Numbered from the whole stretch's first letter, positions 23,890 through 36,828 are shown. The stretch: 58,013 nt of DNA, filler included, from Sphacelaria rigidula (GCA_964200075.2; 8 parts of 8 records of this genome joined end to end with filler, not necessarily neighbours in it), one strand, 5' to 3'. Translations and numbers: made by a program. Notes: generated from the sequence alone by a model not told the origin.

Positions 23890-26800
23890 GATGGGTCCAG
23901 GGGGGAACAGCGGCCAGGGTGTAGGTCGCGGGGAGTCCTCTGTGCATGAAAGCGCGCCGGGAGCATCACGCACAGAGAACGTCGGGGGGCATGGAGCAGA
24001 TGTCACCAGCAGAAAATCGACGGCTTTGCAAACCGCAGGTCTTCAGGGGAGAGCAGCAGGTATCACAGGCCAGGGTCCTCCGCACCAACCAGAGGTTGAA
24101 CCTACCGAATGGCGGCGAACTGTAGAGGTGTTTAGATCCGGTCTTACGAGCGGTGATGCGAGGATTTCGTCGTTCGCTATTAGAGGTGGACGATTGCCTG
24201 CTGGCATCAAATTTAATGGAGCCGGGACAGATGTTGTAGCGTGAAAAAGACGTTTTTCGATGTATGCGAAGCAATGTGGTTTGTATGAGGCCCACACCAC
24301 CTCGAACAATATTTTGATCGCGGACATTAGACCAGATATATCATCTATGATTGAACGAGGTTTCGCAGTCATTGAAATCGAACGGGCACAGCCCGCATGG
24401 TGGCACTTGGATCATTGAATCATGTGTAAAGGTGCAAGCGCAATGATTAGCAGTGCTAGATCACCGAGGGAGGCGTGGCGTATGTTTAACATTTTCTTCT
24501 TGTCGCTTACCGACGCAAACATCAATTTGTACGAGCACGAGCTCAGCAAACTGAAGATGAAGCCGGGTGATGATCCGCGTATCTTTCTCACAGGTCAAGA
24601 ACGTTGTAGGCGTCTTATTCATGTTGGGGAGAGAAAGATGCTTCAACCGTTCGCTCCCTCATGCTACGTGGACTCATCAGCGAGTATGAAAAGGTCGGAA
24701 ACGCTATAAGCACTCACGTTTCGCGCAATAGGGAAGCAACAGAAGAACATATGCGAAATGTTTACCTGAATCTGTGAGTGCACGGCACGATTGCCGAGTC
24801 AACCGGGCAAGCCTTAGTAGCGAATACTGTACTTGGGGGAAAAGGAAGGGTAAAACTATAAAACCAAAGTGAAGTACTCCACTTGATAACACGCGTGTTT
24901 CCGCGAAAGGTGCAAAAGTTGGAAGACCGCTGGAATGCGTTCGATGTGGGCTCCCGCACTTGGTTCACGACTGCAAAGCTCGTGTAATCAAGGCCCCAGA
25001 GCAGAGAAAACAACAGGCTCGAAGGCAGACAGTGTTGAGCTTTCAAGCTTGAAAACATTAGATGATGATGAAAACAGTTCAACTGCACTGCTTCGACCTC
25101 TAACCCGGACAACAGATTAACCAACGAAATGTGGTTCGGGGCGGCTATACCAGCCAGTCCTCACCCGTTCCTCACGCTGGCGTACTGCTGATGAGCTGCT
25201 ACCTCAGGCGGAGGGTTGCTTCTATCTTGGGTCTTCGTGCGAGCACCCGCGTGACTTCACCATGTGCTGACGCGGGGAGGGCAAATAATCGAGACCCGAG
25301 ACATCACATGGGAAGTATCGCCGCAGTCTCTCCCGCCTCCGCAATCACTGAAAATAGCGGAATCGGGGGGAGGTGGGATGAACCCTGCGACGATGAGTTG
25401 GCGGCAGCGTCGCCGCTGACGGGATGAGGAATTCCACGCGGGCGACTACCCTCCCAAGGTGTGGAGGACAGAAAATAACCAGCAGAGGCGACGAGCAGGC
25501 GGCTAGTCCTTGATTTTCATCTCCCGCTGGACGCGCCATCACCATCAGGATCGTCATCCAGCGGCGAGTCGTCATTTCCCTCGCCATCTTCCGATGATCG
25601 ATCAGCATCCACGCCACCATCATCTCCCAGCAGTATATTATCAGCACCTGCATTGTACTCCAGCAACAACACCGACGTTATGCCTGATCGAAATTATATG
25701 CCAGCGGAAATACACGACGCGCAGAGACAGCTCGAGGCGTGCAACGTGGGTCCGCATGACAATCGAGAACGCAGGGGGGGCAGGATGCGAGCACCAACAG
25801 GAGCGCTGAATCAGCACCAAGCGACCGGTTTGCTAGCTTAGCTGAGGCCCGTCAACGGGGACCAAGCCTTGCGTGCGCTGATCGCTGAGCAGGGAACGTA
25901 GAAGAAGCCGAGCGAGATACCTGCTGAACATGACGAACAGCCAGAGCCCACAACGATTGCCGAAGCCCACGCCTCTGCGCATGCTCAACTTTGGGAGAGG
26001 GCTATGGATTTAGAGTTCGAAGGGTTGCTTGCTACAGGTCCTCGTACCTTAGGATTGGTTCCGGAAGGGGGTAACATAGTATACGCTAAATTAGTTTCCA
26101 AGTGGAAAATCGATGCCAACGGCGAAATCTCGAAGGCAAGAGCTAGGTTTGGAGCGAAAGAGTTCAGCCAACGGTATCAGATTGATTTCCTAGAGGTGTT
26201 TTCACCTGCTGCGAATGCTTCGACTACTCGTCTTCTCGTAGCATTGGCAAACACGTGCGGATGTGGTCTTAGTCATTTCGACATAGAGCAGGCGTTCATT
26301 CAGACGGATTTGGACTATGAGATATACACGAAGCTGCCCCCAGGATGCGGTGTAATGCGTGAGAGGACCACGTGCTTAGAGGACCACGCCATAGTTGAAA
26401 ACACCGCATGATCGATGTTTTTCGAAACCTGTTGGGGTGATGGTCAGGTACTACGCTCCTGACCATAACCCCAACACTAACCCTAACCCTAGCCCTCACT
26501 ATGGGGATGTTCAAATTACGATGCGATCCTCTAAGCACGCGGTCCTCTCACGCATTACAGCGGATCAATGACAGGAAACAATGTTCGCTCCAACAGATTG
26601 ATTTGGTCTCAAACAGAGTGCCAGGCAGATCTACAAACGTTTGGTGCCGACACTTGAGAAAATTGCTTTTAAGCAGTGTCTGTCAGATCCATGCATATCG
26701 CGATTGGTACTGAATGGTGAGTTGGTAGGAGCAGTTGTTTTGCGCATGTGGATGATATCCTTTTCGGAGGGGCAAGTAGTGTGGGCGAGATAGTGGTTGA

Positions 26801-27700
26801 ACCACTAAATGACACGCCGCTAACTAAGCACCTAGGTGATCTCACGTGGTACATAGGAGTAAGGTACAAGCGTGACGAGAACAGGGTAATTCGGTTGTCG
26901 TAGACAAGTTACATCAGAAGCGTACTTGGACGTTTTGACACTTGCCGCTCTAGCTGTCTTCCAGCTTCTACATTTATGAATCTCAGGTCCGTGGGTGGCG
27001 ACATAGTGTCAAGAATGTACTTTTCCGCGAAATGGTGGGGGGTTTGATGTGGACTGCCAATCAAAACAAGGTCTGACATCTCCAACGCAGTGAGTGCCGT
27101 GGTGCGACATTCGCACGACCCGAAGGAGACCCACTGGAAGGCGGTACAAGAGAGGTTTGGGTACCTGCACTCAACGGTGGATCTAGGGCTCACCTATGGT
27201 GTACGACCTGATGTACACATGAGAACTACAGCGAATATGGATGCGGACTACGGGAAGGATGACATGACGAGGAGATCAGTAACGGGTGATGCAGTTTTGT
27301 GTGACAGATCACCAGTAGCATGGTATATACTCTAGGACGCAGAAAAGTGTCACAATTTCGACCATGGAAGCAGAGTATGTAACTATGGAGAATTGTGGGA
27401 AGCCTGTTTATAGAGATTCTGTACAGGTTGTTTTATGGGAAATAGAGGAATTTTACAGAAGATGCTGACCAAAAGTAGGACTTTACCGTGGATTATGAAG
27501 AGATCGACGACGATGAATTCGGTCGGAACGTATTTTTTGTTGTTTCCATGTTGATCGTGACTGCGTTTATTAGCAGATCGATTCCATGTGGGAGGACGTT
27601 GATAGTTTCAGTACATGGATCCAAAATGCTCGAGTATAGCCACTGTCGTTTGTTCGTTGAATATAAGTGGATCTAAGGAAAGCTTTTGCACACGGATGTA
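23890..27700 (+). mobile_element. Decayed Ty1/copia retrotransposon (gag, RT, RNase H; integrase not recognisable)
   Basis: gag-like SPREAWRMFNIFF...LSKLKMKPGDDPRIFL; RT EPTTIAEAHAS..AQLWERAMDLEFEGL, KWKIDANGEISKARARFGAKEFSQ..IDFLEVFSP, HFDIEQAFIQ, HVDDIL, HSHDPKETHWKAV; RNase H DADYGKDDMTRRSVTG. Possible polypurine tract and LTR start GAAAGGGG-TGTTGG at ~28015-28028. Confidence 0.92.
26351..26559. mobile_element. 209-bp MITE with TGT...ACA ends, 33-bp TIRs and 4-bp GCGG TSD (Ginger-like)
   Basis: GCGG|TGTAATGCGTGAGAGGACCACGTGCTTAGAGGA...TCCTCTAAGCACGCGGTCCTCTCACGCATTACA|GCGG; removing it plus one GCGG restores copia RT KLPPGCGSMTG. Confidence 0.9.
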
Positions 27701-29179
27701 GAAGAATAGCTACTGCTTGATTGATTTTTTCCGTAGGAAAGCAAACTCACTTCTTGTACTATCTACGTTTTCCACCGCTGAACCGCTCATGGCCGGGCTT
27801 GATCCACCAGCCATGCATTGAAACTTCACCCATAACCTGCGACCTGGGTTTCGCTAGTATGCGGAAAATATCAACTCCCCCATCCTTAGTCAGCTAGCTG
27901 GCTAACTTGGCTGGTCACCACGATACATCACTCTCTGCTCAAAGAAACCCGTGTGTGCACTCAAGACCTTGTGACTCCATCGTAGACAGTTTCACGAATA
28001 ACGCCATCCATAGTGAAAGGGGTGTTGGTCCTCCGAAGAATTCTGGAGATATTGAGTCGTCTTTGGGGCGCTCCCCTATGTAGTCGAGTTAGATCGTCGT
28101 TAGAGTGCTAGCGAAGTGGGCAGATGTGCTTGCAACACCGATGTGCCTTCGCACGTGCTTTATGTTGCTCAGTATCGCACTAAAGTAGTTCCATAGAACC
28201 AATTGTCTGCAGTGGGCGCGCAGCCCTGAGTTGAAAATAAATGGGCTTCCAGTCGCTGCATCACATTGTGGGTGGTATTCAGGACCGGTGAGAGGTACGA
28301 AAAGAGTTAGATCGCCAGAATGATCGGCCTCCTCTCGTCAACATGGCCAGGATTCGGATATCACCGGTTGTGAAGAAGTACCGTTTGTTTGAAAATTAGT
28401 AGCAGTAACAACATCGAACTCCTACATCCATGTTCGGAATACTTCTTACGAAAACACGAAACAATTGCCGTGCTAGCGGAAGAAGATTGAGATTGCCTCC
28501 CCGCGTGCACGCCGCCCACGTACCCCACCCGGAGCTCACTGTTCATATAAGACATTCCAGTCATATTAGGTACGAGGTAAATAACACGACACAGTGGGAA
28601 AATTCACGTCAGTTCCTCAATTCCGTTCCAGATGTTTCTGCGGGATCCAGGGGTACATCGATTTTGTTTTTAAAGGAACACAACCCCTAATTCCTGAAAA
28701 AATCGAGAAAAAGAGAGTTCGGGGGGGTTGGGCGGGGGTTTGGCGCCGGGCGGCAGGTCTGTGCTAATTGCTTGAATTCAGTGTAGTAATAGACTACTTG
28801 AGCTTAGTGTGGGAGCAATGCTACGGTAGGGGTGCACTTTTTTCGCAAAATTCTGTCTGGTTCAGGGGCTCCTAACGAATCTAGACGCACAAGAATGCGG
28901 GTCAGGGCATCCCCGTTTGCAAATTCATTCGGGATGTCCCCAGCACATTGGAATAGTAANNNNNNNNNNNNNNNNNNNNNNNNNNNNNNNNNNNNNNNNN
29001 NNNTTAATTAATTAANNNNNNNNNNNNNNNNNNNNNNNNNNNNNNNNNNNNNNNNNNNNAACAAGGGCTGTTGGTAAAAAGTTGCTCCTCAAAACCACCA
29101 TTTGGGGTGGTTTGTTAGAGAATTGATCCAAAAACCCCCCCCCCCCCCGTGTATCGTAGGATGACTCGCCTGTGCATGT

Positions 29180-29205
29180 CACACACACACACACACACAC
29201 ACACG

Positions 29206-29247
<42 letters not shown>
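29180..29247. repeat. Head-to-head (CA)n-GCAT-(GT)n microsatellite
   Basis: About 12 CA units, then about 19 GT units, separated by GCAT. Confidence 0.95.
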
Positions 29248-29248
<1 letters not shown>

Positions 29249-29962
29249 TCGTTCCCATCAACCAGTAAATTTGAGATATGGCATACTTGTGACTGCGTTG
29301 GTGTAGGTTGCTGGTGGTATTCGTCAAATGGTTGCCTGTTTATTATGCATGAGATAGCATTTTCAATAACATGCGCTCTTGTTTCAAGTTCCAATGACGT
29401 GAAGGCAACAACATCACATGATAAACGAGGACATTTCTACAGGTGCATTCAGGCGCGAAGTTCCCTTGGCCTCTTTCCCCCTGTGTCCACTTTCAAGAGA
29501 TGGAGGGTTGTTGAAGATGGAATACAGAAAATTCCCCTCTTCTGCCGACGTTTACCTGGTGAAAATAAGTAGGCCGTTGGCCGTCGGCGATCTCTCTGTT
29601 TGTTTGTTTGATTGATTTTTGCACTTCTATTGGTCCCCCAGAGGGATCCAGCCGTGGTCGCATGATAGACGTACCGGAGACTGCATGCATGAATAGCATA
29701 TGAGATGACGCACCGTCTGCTTGAGGAAAGATAGACAACTGTCCACCCCACCTTATAAGTGCAAAATATGAGTACACGCCATCCCTCCGTATATTGCCCG
29801 TCACTGCGATGGGCATGCCAAGCCAATTCAGGAACATGCCGCGCGACTCTTTGAACATCCGTTTTGCTACACACGGGTGCTGAAGGTGAACCGTTTTTTG
29901 ATGTTTTCCCACTTCAACCCCTAATACGGAAAATGACCAATACCAAACAATTGCGACATGTA

Positions 29963-31314
29963 GGTCGTGCACGCCCCCTCACCCGGCCGCCCACCCGCGC
30001 CCGTACAATGCCTACCGCAGAGTTCACTCCAAAACGGAGGATATTCCGGCGCCCGAGTCCGTGTCACCATGGGTGAAAAATCTTCCGCCGGTGCGAGAAG
30101 GTCGAAAACAGCTGGCTAGCAGACTCATTATACCCTTTCTCCACCAGCATACGTACCCGGAAGGCGGAATTGCGGAGGCGAAGCGTGTGCGCCGGCGCGA
30201 AAAAGAAGACTTTTTGCAAAGTATCCGTTGTCTACCCTCGGCGGTTCATGCTGCCCATTGTTCTAGGGTTCTTCCGAAGAACGGTCCCGGGAACAGCTTG
30301 CGACTCGTACCGGCCGCAACAGATTCGGAGCTTCCGTCGCCTTCCTGCGGTAGTGCAGAATGTCTGCAATGTGGCAATGGACGTGGGACCAATGATAGAA
30401 GCGAAGTGGGGATGTGTAACGGTCGGTTATTGCGTGCGTATGTTGATGGGCGAGAGAGGTATCAAACCGACTTTAGCTTCGGGGATTATGCCGGTGACGG
30501 GGTGTCTTTCAGTGGGAAACCTCCTTCACGCAGCGTCTCTGCCCGGGGCGGAAACGTGTGTTGCGGGGAAACAAATTCTGGTGCAATAGTGGAAGACGGG
30601 AGAATATCAGTCGGTAGTAGTCGCCGTCACCCCGCTGGCAATATCCTGATCATTGAAGAGTCAAATCCTTCTCATTACCCAGGAGTACCGCCAGGTCAAG
30701 AAGGACCGCTAACTGCACCTAAAAAAGGGAAGGGGTACTGCAGCACCGCCAGCATGCGCGCTATCTGCGAGGAAGATCGAGAACATGGTACTGGTGATGA
30801 AGGCGATCGAGAACGGGACGGTGATACAAGAATTGCGTCTGACATCGCGGAATTGCTGGCGGCTACACCTACAGCGGAGCGATTGGCTGTCTTTGCGCGG
30901 AGCGGAGCAGCGCGTGTATACGACGGCGGTAGCACTGTGAGAGGAGGAACTGAAGATCGCTGCAGGTTGATCCTTGCAGAAGACGATTGCGGCGGCGGTG
31001 ACGGTGACACCTCGGGCCACGCAGACGAAGACGGAAAAACGATGATGTGTGACAGACAGGATGGACGCGAGCCATTGTCGTTCACTGAACATGCTACCGT
31101 GTCATCAGCTATGCATGGACCGGAAGAGTACAGCGATGACGGTGAGCGCGGAAGCCTTCGTATCGGTGAAAGCTGCGGCGTCATCGAAGGTTCGAGCGCG
31201 GTACTGTCGTCCCCAACAAGGGCGGCTGGGGCACCGTCGGCGACGGGTTTAGGCCGGACGGCCTCTGTGACATCTTCCGTGAGCGTACGAGATATGGGTA
31301 TATTGGGAGCATAG
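29963..31314 (+). CDS. Probable large terminal exon of an unknown protein
   Basis: 417-codon ORF whose frame stays open upstream to a candidate TAG|G acceptor at ~29962. It starts with an ordered-looking segment HPRPYNAYRRVHS...LIIPFLHQHTYPEGG and continues as a G/D/S-rich disordered tail. No family recognised. Confidence 0.55.
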
Positions 31315-31385
31315 CCCGCCATTGTTGAGTGAGACTGCGAGAAATGGGTATGTTGGAGACGTAGCCCGCCATTTCTTCGTGAGCG
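31279..31385 (+). repeat. ~51-bp tandem duplication spanning the stop codon
   Basis: GTGAG....CGAGA.ATGGGTAT.TTGG.....TAGCCCGCCATT x2. Confidence 0.7.
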
Positions 31386-32139
31386 CTATTAGATGTGTTT
31401 GGTGTTGAGGACCTCGATCGATATCGTGATGTACTGGCGTATGTGCAAACCTGCTGGTAGACTACAGTAGCGTGGGGATATCGCACGTGAGCGGGAGATC
31501 CCAAATCAAGAGTAGCCAGAATTATTATAACTGGCGAGAGAGATACATACCGTGTGTGTTTGGAGACCGTGACCGACAGTTTTTGGACCTTGACTGGGAG
31601 ATAAGGATACGTATACGGGAGTGTTTGACTGCCATCTTGATGTGCGTGTCAGACAAGGGTGCATTAGGAATTTACAGTAGACCTGTTCATCAGGTGAGAG
31701 ACAAGATTGCGTTGGTGAATCTTCTGTAGACCTGTTTATCACTTAGAGCTAGCTGGGAAAGAGGATGCCGCGGTGCACATGCTGAATAGATATACTGTAC
31801 CTTGTATCGCAGTGTGGTCGTGGATGTTGTGCACGTGTATCCGGATTCTGCGTAACGTGGTTCTTCCCTGTCGGGGAGAGAAAGTTCTAGGTTCCACCTC
31901 CTACGAAGGCACAAAAGATTGCAAGAAAATCGTTACTTCATGGTTCCAAGGTCTTTTGCTTGCGCACGAGCTTTTTTGTGCACCCCGCGTGTATACCCAG
32001 AAGCCGCTCGCAAGGTAATATCTCAATAGATCTGCGCGAGCTGTCAGACGATACATGTGGTGTGATTTTCCTCCAGGTATATCTTCTCTAAGTCATATGA
32101 TACATAATGAATGCACATGGTTTGCAGCACAAAAACCTT

Positions 32140-32142
<3 letters not shown>

Positions 32143-32188
<46 letters not shown>

Positions 32189-32206
32189 ACGCACACACAC
32201 ACACAC
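32143..32206. repeat. (CA)n microsatellite
   Basis: Direct observation. Confidence 0.95.
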
Positions 32207-32578
32207 GACTTCGCGTCCAGTCGTCGAGAACTTCGTAGACCGAAAAAAGAGCGAGTAGTGCGCAATCTGTCACGCATTGCCGCACGTGCAACGACAAACG
32301 GAGCGGATAGATGTATAAGATGAACCATCCAGGTGTCTCTTCCAATTTTCCTTGTTCCTGCCCAGGTCATGTCCTCGAAACAGGCCAGGCTTACTTTGTA
32401 CCAAGATAGAAAATTGGGGTCGGACATGGTATGGCTGATCTGCACTCCTACAACAATATATAACAAAATCCGCAGAAAACAAAATGAGGCCACTTGCGAA
32501 CCGCGAGGACAGTAGGAGTTGTGTCTGTGGTACCAGACATCCCAAGCAGGTGTTCAGGATTCGCCACCCCCCACCCCC

Positions 32579-32686
32579 TGATTGCGAGTCTGGTCCGGCG
32601 AAAACCCGGCGTGCTCTGTCCCGGTTTTGTGAGGACGTGACGTCAATGTTTATACGACTACGGCATGCAAGATCATGGGCGCACCC
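32579..32686 (-). repeat. ~110-bp interspersed element, full-length copy between C-rich runs
   Basis: Matches consensus; further fragments at 33463-33490 and 36145-36193, both next to C-rich runs. Confidence 0.9.
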
Positions 32687-33868
32687 GTCCTCCCCTCCCC
32701 CCCACACACACGTAGTGCACGCTGGGTCGACCACAGCAACGCCTTTCTCCATTTCGTTCTCAACTGCAAGACACTACGCACAAGAAGGCATCCGTTTCTG
32801 ACCCGACATGAAAACAAGGTCTCACGGCAATGATCAAGTGACGTCACACTCGAGAGCTTCTCATATGTAACATCACCCCCCCCCCCTCCCTCACTCACGT
32901 ACCTCCACATGCGCTGACAACGGGCTCTGGTGACCACGGCGACAACGGCTACCTAAAACGCGACACCTCGCCTCATTCTCGATTGTCACTTGTGTAAGAT
33001 CAGGTTCACAGCGCCCGATTTCCCTCCCTCTTCACCAATGAGATGATACTATCTGTCGACAACAAAAGGCATCAAAAGCGATCAAACGTATGCTCCAAAC
33101 TTGTTCCGGCACGTAGATTCCCAACGACAATGACACTAGGGTGCTCTCGGTGTTTTCGACTGCAAGGCAGCGAGGGTTAGTACTTGCAGCATGCCCCCTC
33201 CCCCCCCCCCCCGCCTCAAACAAAATGTAAGCTTTCGCTGACCACTACAACCACTGGCATGAATTTTTGCTCTCAGAATTTTTGTCCGTTATCACCTACA
33301 CAGATGAGGCGTCACGGCATCGATGAAAGATAACGAGACTTTTCAGCGTCGTCAATCCTCAGGTATTGCGTACGTAACCTCAACATTCCTCCGTGGTGTC
33401 CTGTTTTCTAGCTCACACCGTCTCCTCTCCAAACGGAGCAGCTGCCCCCCTCCCCCTCCCCCGTGGCATGCATGATCATGAGTACACCCCCTACCCCCTC
33501 TTCTCGTGACGAAAAGTGCGATATATCGACCATAAAAACAATCACCTAAGGTACATGTCTGTGCTCTCATCTGCACAAGACATACTGCAGGGCTAATCTT
33601 AGCGTCGCGTTCCGGTTTGCTTTAGCTCACACGGTCTTTCCCTTACAACGGGGCGGCTGGTCACATTCCCACACACGCGCCGCAATTTCCACAGGCAACA
33701 GCTCCCTCTCAAGCCCGACCGACGTCCCGAGTTGTCGACGAAGAAGCCTCGACCAACACCACTAGAAGAATCCGGAAACCCCTTCGGGGGAGCAACTGCG
33801 CTACTGTTCCCACGGCACACCTCGATTCCTCGACTGCAGGATCGAGGGACGGTGAACTTTGGCTCATC

Positions 33869-34396
33869 TTAGCTTTCAGCCTTGATTAGCTTGAGCTCGG
33901 ACAATCTCTTCTTGAACCGGGGCAGATCCTCACGCTCCCACACGCGCCGCGACTCGGCCAGCTCCTTCTCCAGCTTGATCGCGTCATCAAGAACGCCTCC
34001 GTTTTTCTTCGACCCTTGCTCGTACCCGCGAGTGAGCTTCGCGTGAGTTTCCAGGAACTTTCGGGCGGTTCGGATCTGGGCTTCGATCGCCGCGCATGAC
34101 GATTTGCTCCCGCGTTTTTGGGTTTCGAGTTCCTCTCTCAGCCGTTGCATGTGCTCCACTGCCGTTTTCTCCCTGGCGGCCGCTTCGTTGCGCCTCTGCT
34201 CTTCCAACTGAGCGTCATTTTCGGTGTGTTCGTCGGTAGAGCTGGCAAGACGTGCGGTGATTGCTTCGAGTTGACCCTGGGCCTGGACGCGCTCGGCTTC
34301 ATAACGCATAATTACTTCGACCGCCTTGTTGTAGGTTGTCGCCGCCGCCGCTTCCGCTCCTGCTGCTCCCGCGCCGATATCGTCATCGCACACATT
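33869..34396 (-). CDS. Terminal exon of a coiled-coil protein of unknown function
   Basis: CAG|AAT acceptor at 34397, GC-rich codons, E/A/R/K/L-rich heptad-like sequence (QLEEQRRNEAAAREKTAVEHMQRLREELETQKR), ends at TAA. Confidence 0.7.
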   Translation of the reverse strand, partial: NVCDDDIGAGAAGAEAAAATTYNKAVEVIMRYEAERVQAQGQLEAITARLASSTDEHTENDAQLEEQRRNEAAAREKTAVEHMQRLREELETQKRGSKSSCAAIEAQIRTARKFLETHAKLTRGYEQGSKKNGGVLDDAIKLEKELAESRRVWEREDLPRFKKRLSELKLIKAES

Positions 34397-34564
34397 CTGT
34401 TTGGCACATGCATGCGCGCGCGGGGGCAACACGGTACCCATAAAATCGAGAGTATTACCATCCGTGTGTTTTTTTTCTTGTAAGGAATAGCAGGGGCGGT
34501 ATTGGAAAGACGAGCCTACGTCTGTGACCACGGGTTTGAGAGATAGGACAAATGTGCGGAAATG

Positions 34565-34615
34565 GTGATGACAATAATAATGATGATAATGTTGTTGATG
34601 ATGATGATGATGATG

Positions 34616-34679
<64 letters not shown>

Positions 34680-34776
34680 CAACAACAACAACAATACTAC
34701 TACTACTACTACTACTACCACTACTAATAATAACAACAACAACAACAACAATAACAACAACAACAACAATAATAAC

Positions 34777-34850
<74 letters not shown>

Positions 34851-34902
34851 TAATAACAATAATAATAACAATAATAACAATAATAATAGTAATAATAACA
34901 GT
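34565..34902. repeat. Compound trinucleotide microsatellite (GAT)n(AAT)n(AAC)n(ACT)n(AAC)n(AAT)n
   Basis: Direct observation; explains the poly-N, poly-I and poly-L ORFs in the track. Confidence 0.97.
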
Positions 34903-35389
34903 AATATTTTCGATCTGGCCAAAGGGACACAGAGCAGAGGTAGGTAAATATACGGGACGCGATCGTATTGTGTGTGAGTACAGGACCACACGCAACACCG
35001 CAGTTTGACTTGATTGTTTCTTACAAATTACACCCAGTGTGTGTGTGTTTTCAGTTTTCTTCGATGTTTGTGGTACCTTTTTTTCCCTCCCACTAGCGTT
35101 AGCTCTGTTGAACATTTTTTTTTTTTTTACCTCATAGTTTCTACACGTCTATCTTGTGTGTTGTGTTGTGTTGTCGTCCAATCTATTCTGGGCGCCAGCC
35201 TGCACCTTTCGGTATATGTGGGCGCACCAGCCATGGTCACACAGGAGGAGGGTTATTTTTTGTTTGCTTTTTAGTACTCCAAATTCCTTCTGCGGTGCTT
35301 GCCTTTTAATTTGTTTTTCGCGAAAGGGTTACAGCAGTCCCTTTCCCTCGTTAACCGTTAAGTCGAATTTTGGTATGAGTAAATGTGCG

Positions 35390-35550
35390 TCAATTAATTA
35401 ATCAATTGACCAATCAATCAATCAATCGATCAATCAATCGAATCATTCGAATCAATCGAACAAATCAATTAATTAAATCAATCAAATCAATCAAATCAAT
35501 CGAATCAAAAGAATCAATAGAATCGAACCAATCGAATCAAAATGAATCAA
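35390..35550. repeat. Degenerate (AATC)/(AATCG) microsatellite
   Basis: AATCAATCAATCGATCAATCAATCGAATC...; a shorter one at ~5831-5862. Confidence 0.9.
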
Positions 35551-36364
35551 GTACTTCCGAAATCAAACCGCATGCAATCAATCCGTGCCGGCACATGAAC
35601 GCACACGTGCACCACGTGCAGGTGCACCACGTGCAGGTAGGTACAAAGGGCAAACAGAAGCGTTGAAATTTTGGTGGCACGGCGTGTTCAGCGTGGGGAA
35701 CATTCACACACGGCTCCGCGAGGCCAAGACAATAAAAGGATGCCGTATGCCCCCGGTTTTGCGAAGGTTCGAGACGATTCAATATTTTACACATATTTTT
35801 GTGTCCATCACCTGGATCACAAGCCGCACAACCACCCGAAGCCAACATTTTTCCACAAGCCACCATCTCGTGCACAATAGATATTTCCAACAAACGCCCC
35901 AGTGCAATGGGTACTGAATGTAACTGCATTCAACCTGTATTCAACACCTACGCATCCATGCCTATTTCTTTTCGTCCCGACACTGCTGTTCGCTACACAA
36001 CAATTAAGTGAAGATAAGGCATGGCCCTGACACTGACCTTACACAGCACCAAACGATTGGTCGCAGCACGAAGACATCGAGCGCGATAGTATGTCCTTAC
36101 TACGTTCATTTTTCTCCCCCCCCCTCCCCCTCTCTCTTTCGCCTAGCTCGGTCCGGCGAGAACCCGGCATGCTCCGTCCCGGCTTTGTAGGGGCGGACTC
36201 CCGACGGGGTTGGCGTCGGTTGGNNNNNNNNNNNNNNNNNNNNNNNNNNNNNNNNNNNNNNNNNNNNTTAATTAATTAANNNNNNNNNNNNNNNNNNNNN
36301 NNNNNNNNNNNNNNNNNNNNNNNTTTGTAGCACATCCCCTACGCTTCTGTGGCTAGAGTCTCAC

Positions 36365-36591
36365 CCGCAAGATAGCTGGTATGCTGCCACCACTCCCGGG
36401 GTGGACGTTGCGGCGATCCGAGATTGCGACATGCAACCGGTCACGTGGATAGCCCCAAGTGGCGATTGTGCAGATGGGCGTGTTGCCGCTACATCCGTTT
36501 CTCGGACGAACATCATCTTCCGTCCAAGCAGTGTATTCTTCTGTTTCGTCAGCGCGAATGTTGTCGTTTCGTCGTTGGGGTCGTTCGCGTC
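36365..36591 (-). CDS. Sola2-type transposase, downstream exon
   Basis: CAG|GAC acceptor and GG|GTGAGA donor; in phase with the previous exon; reads LLGRKMMFVRETDVAATRP...HVTGCMSQSRIAATSTPGVVAAYQLSC. Confidence 0.7.
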
Positions 36592-36828
36592 CTGAGTTGC
36601 ACATACACACGAGCAGACAGCACGGGGTGTATGATTGGGATCAGTGCAACTTCATATGATGATGGCACTGTCAATCAAATGGCGAGGCTTTGGGTCGTGC
36701 ACGGCCTCTCGCATCACTAATGCACGTAATACGCACGCGAGCGCTACCCCGCTGCGGACTCGTACTTCATGTGCGAAAATGCACGGCATTGTACCCTACG
36801 CAGCAGGCGATGTGGCAATGACACTCAC

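Noticed and set aside
28023..28137. 3' LTR of the contig-4 copia (TGTTGG...CAACA)
   Set aside because: No convincing matching 5' LTR upstream of gag, so the boundaries cannot be confirmed.
30696..31322. 208-aa antisense ORF
   Set aside because: Shadow of the GC-rich plus-strand exon.
34455..35115. Poly-L, poly-I, poly-N and poly-Y ORFs
   Set aside because: Artefacts of the trinucleotide microsatellite; the same applies to poly-C/L ORFs at 50795-51043 and the CV/HT repeats.
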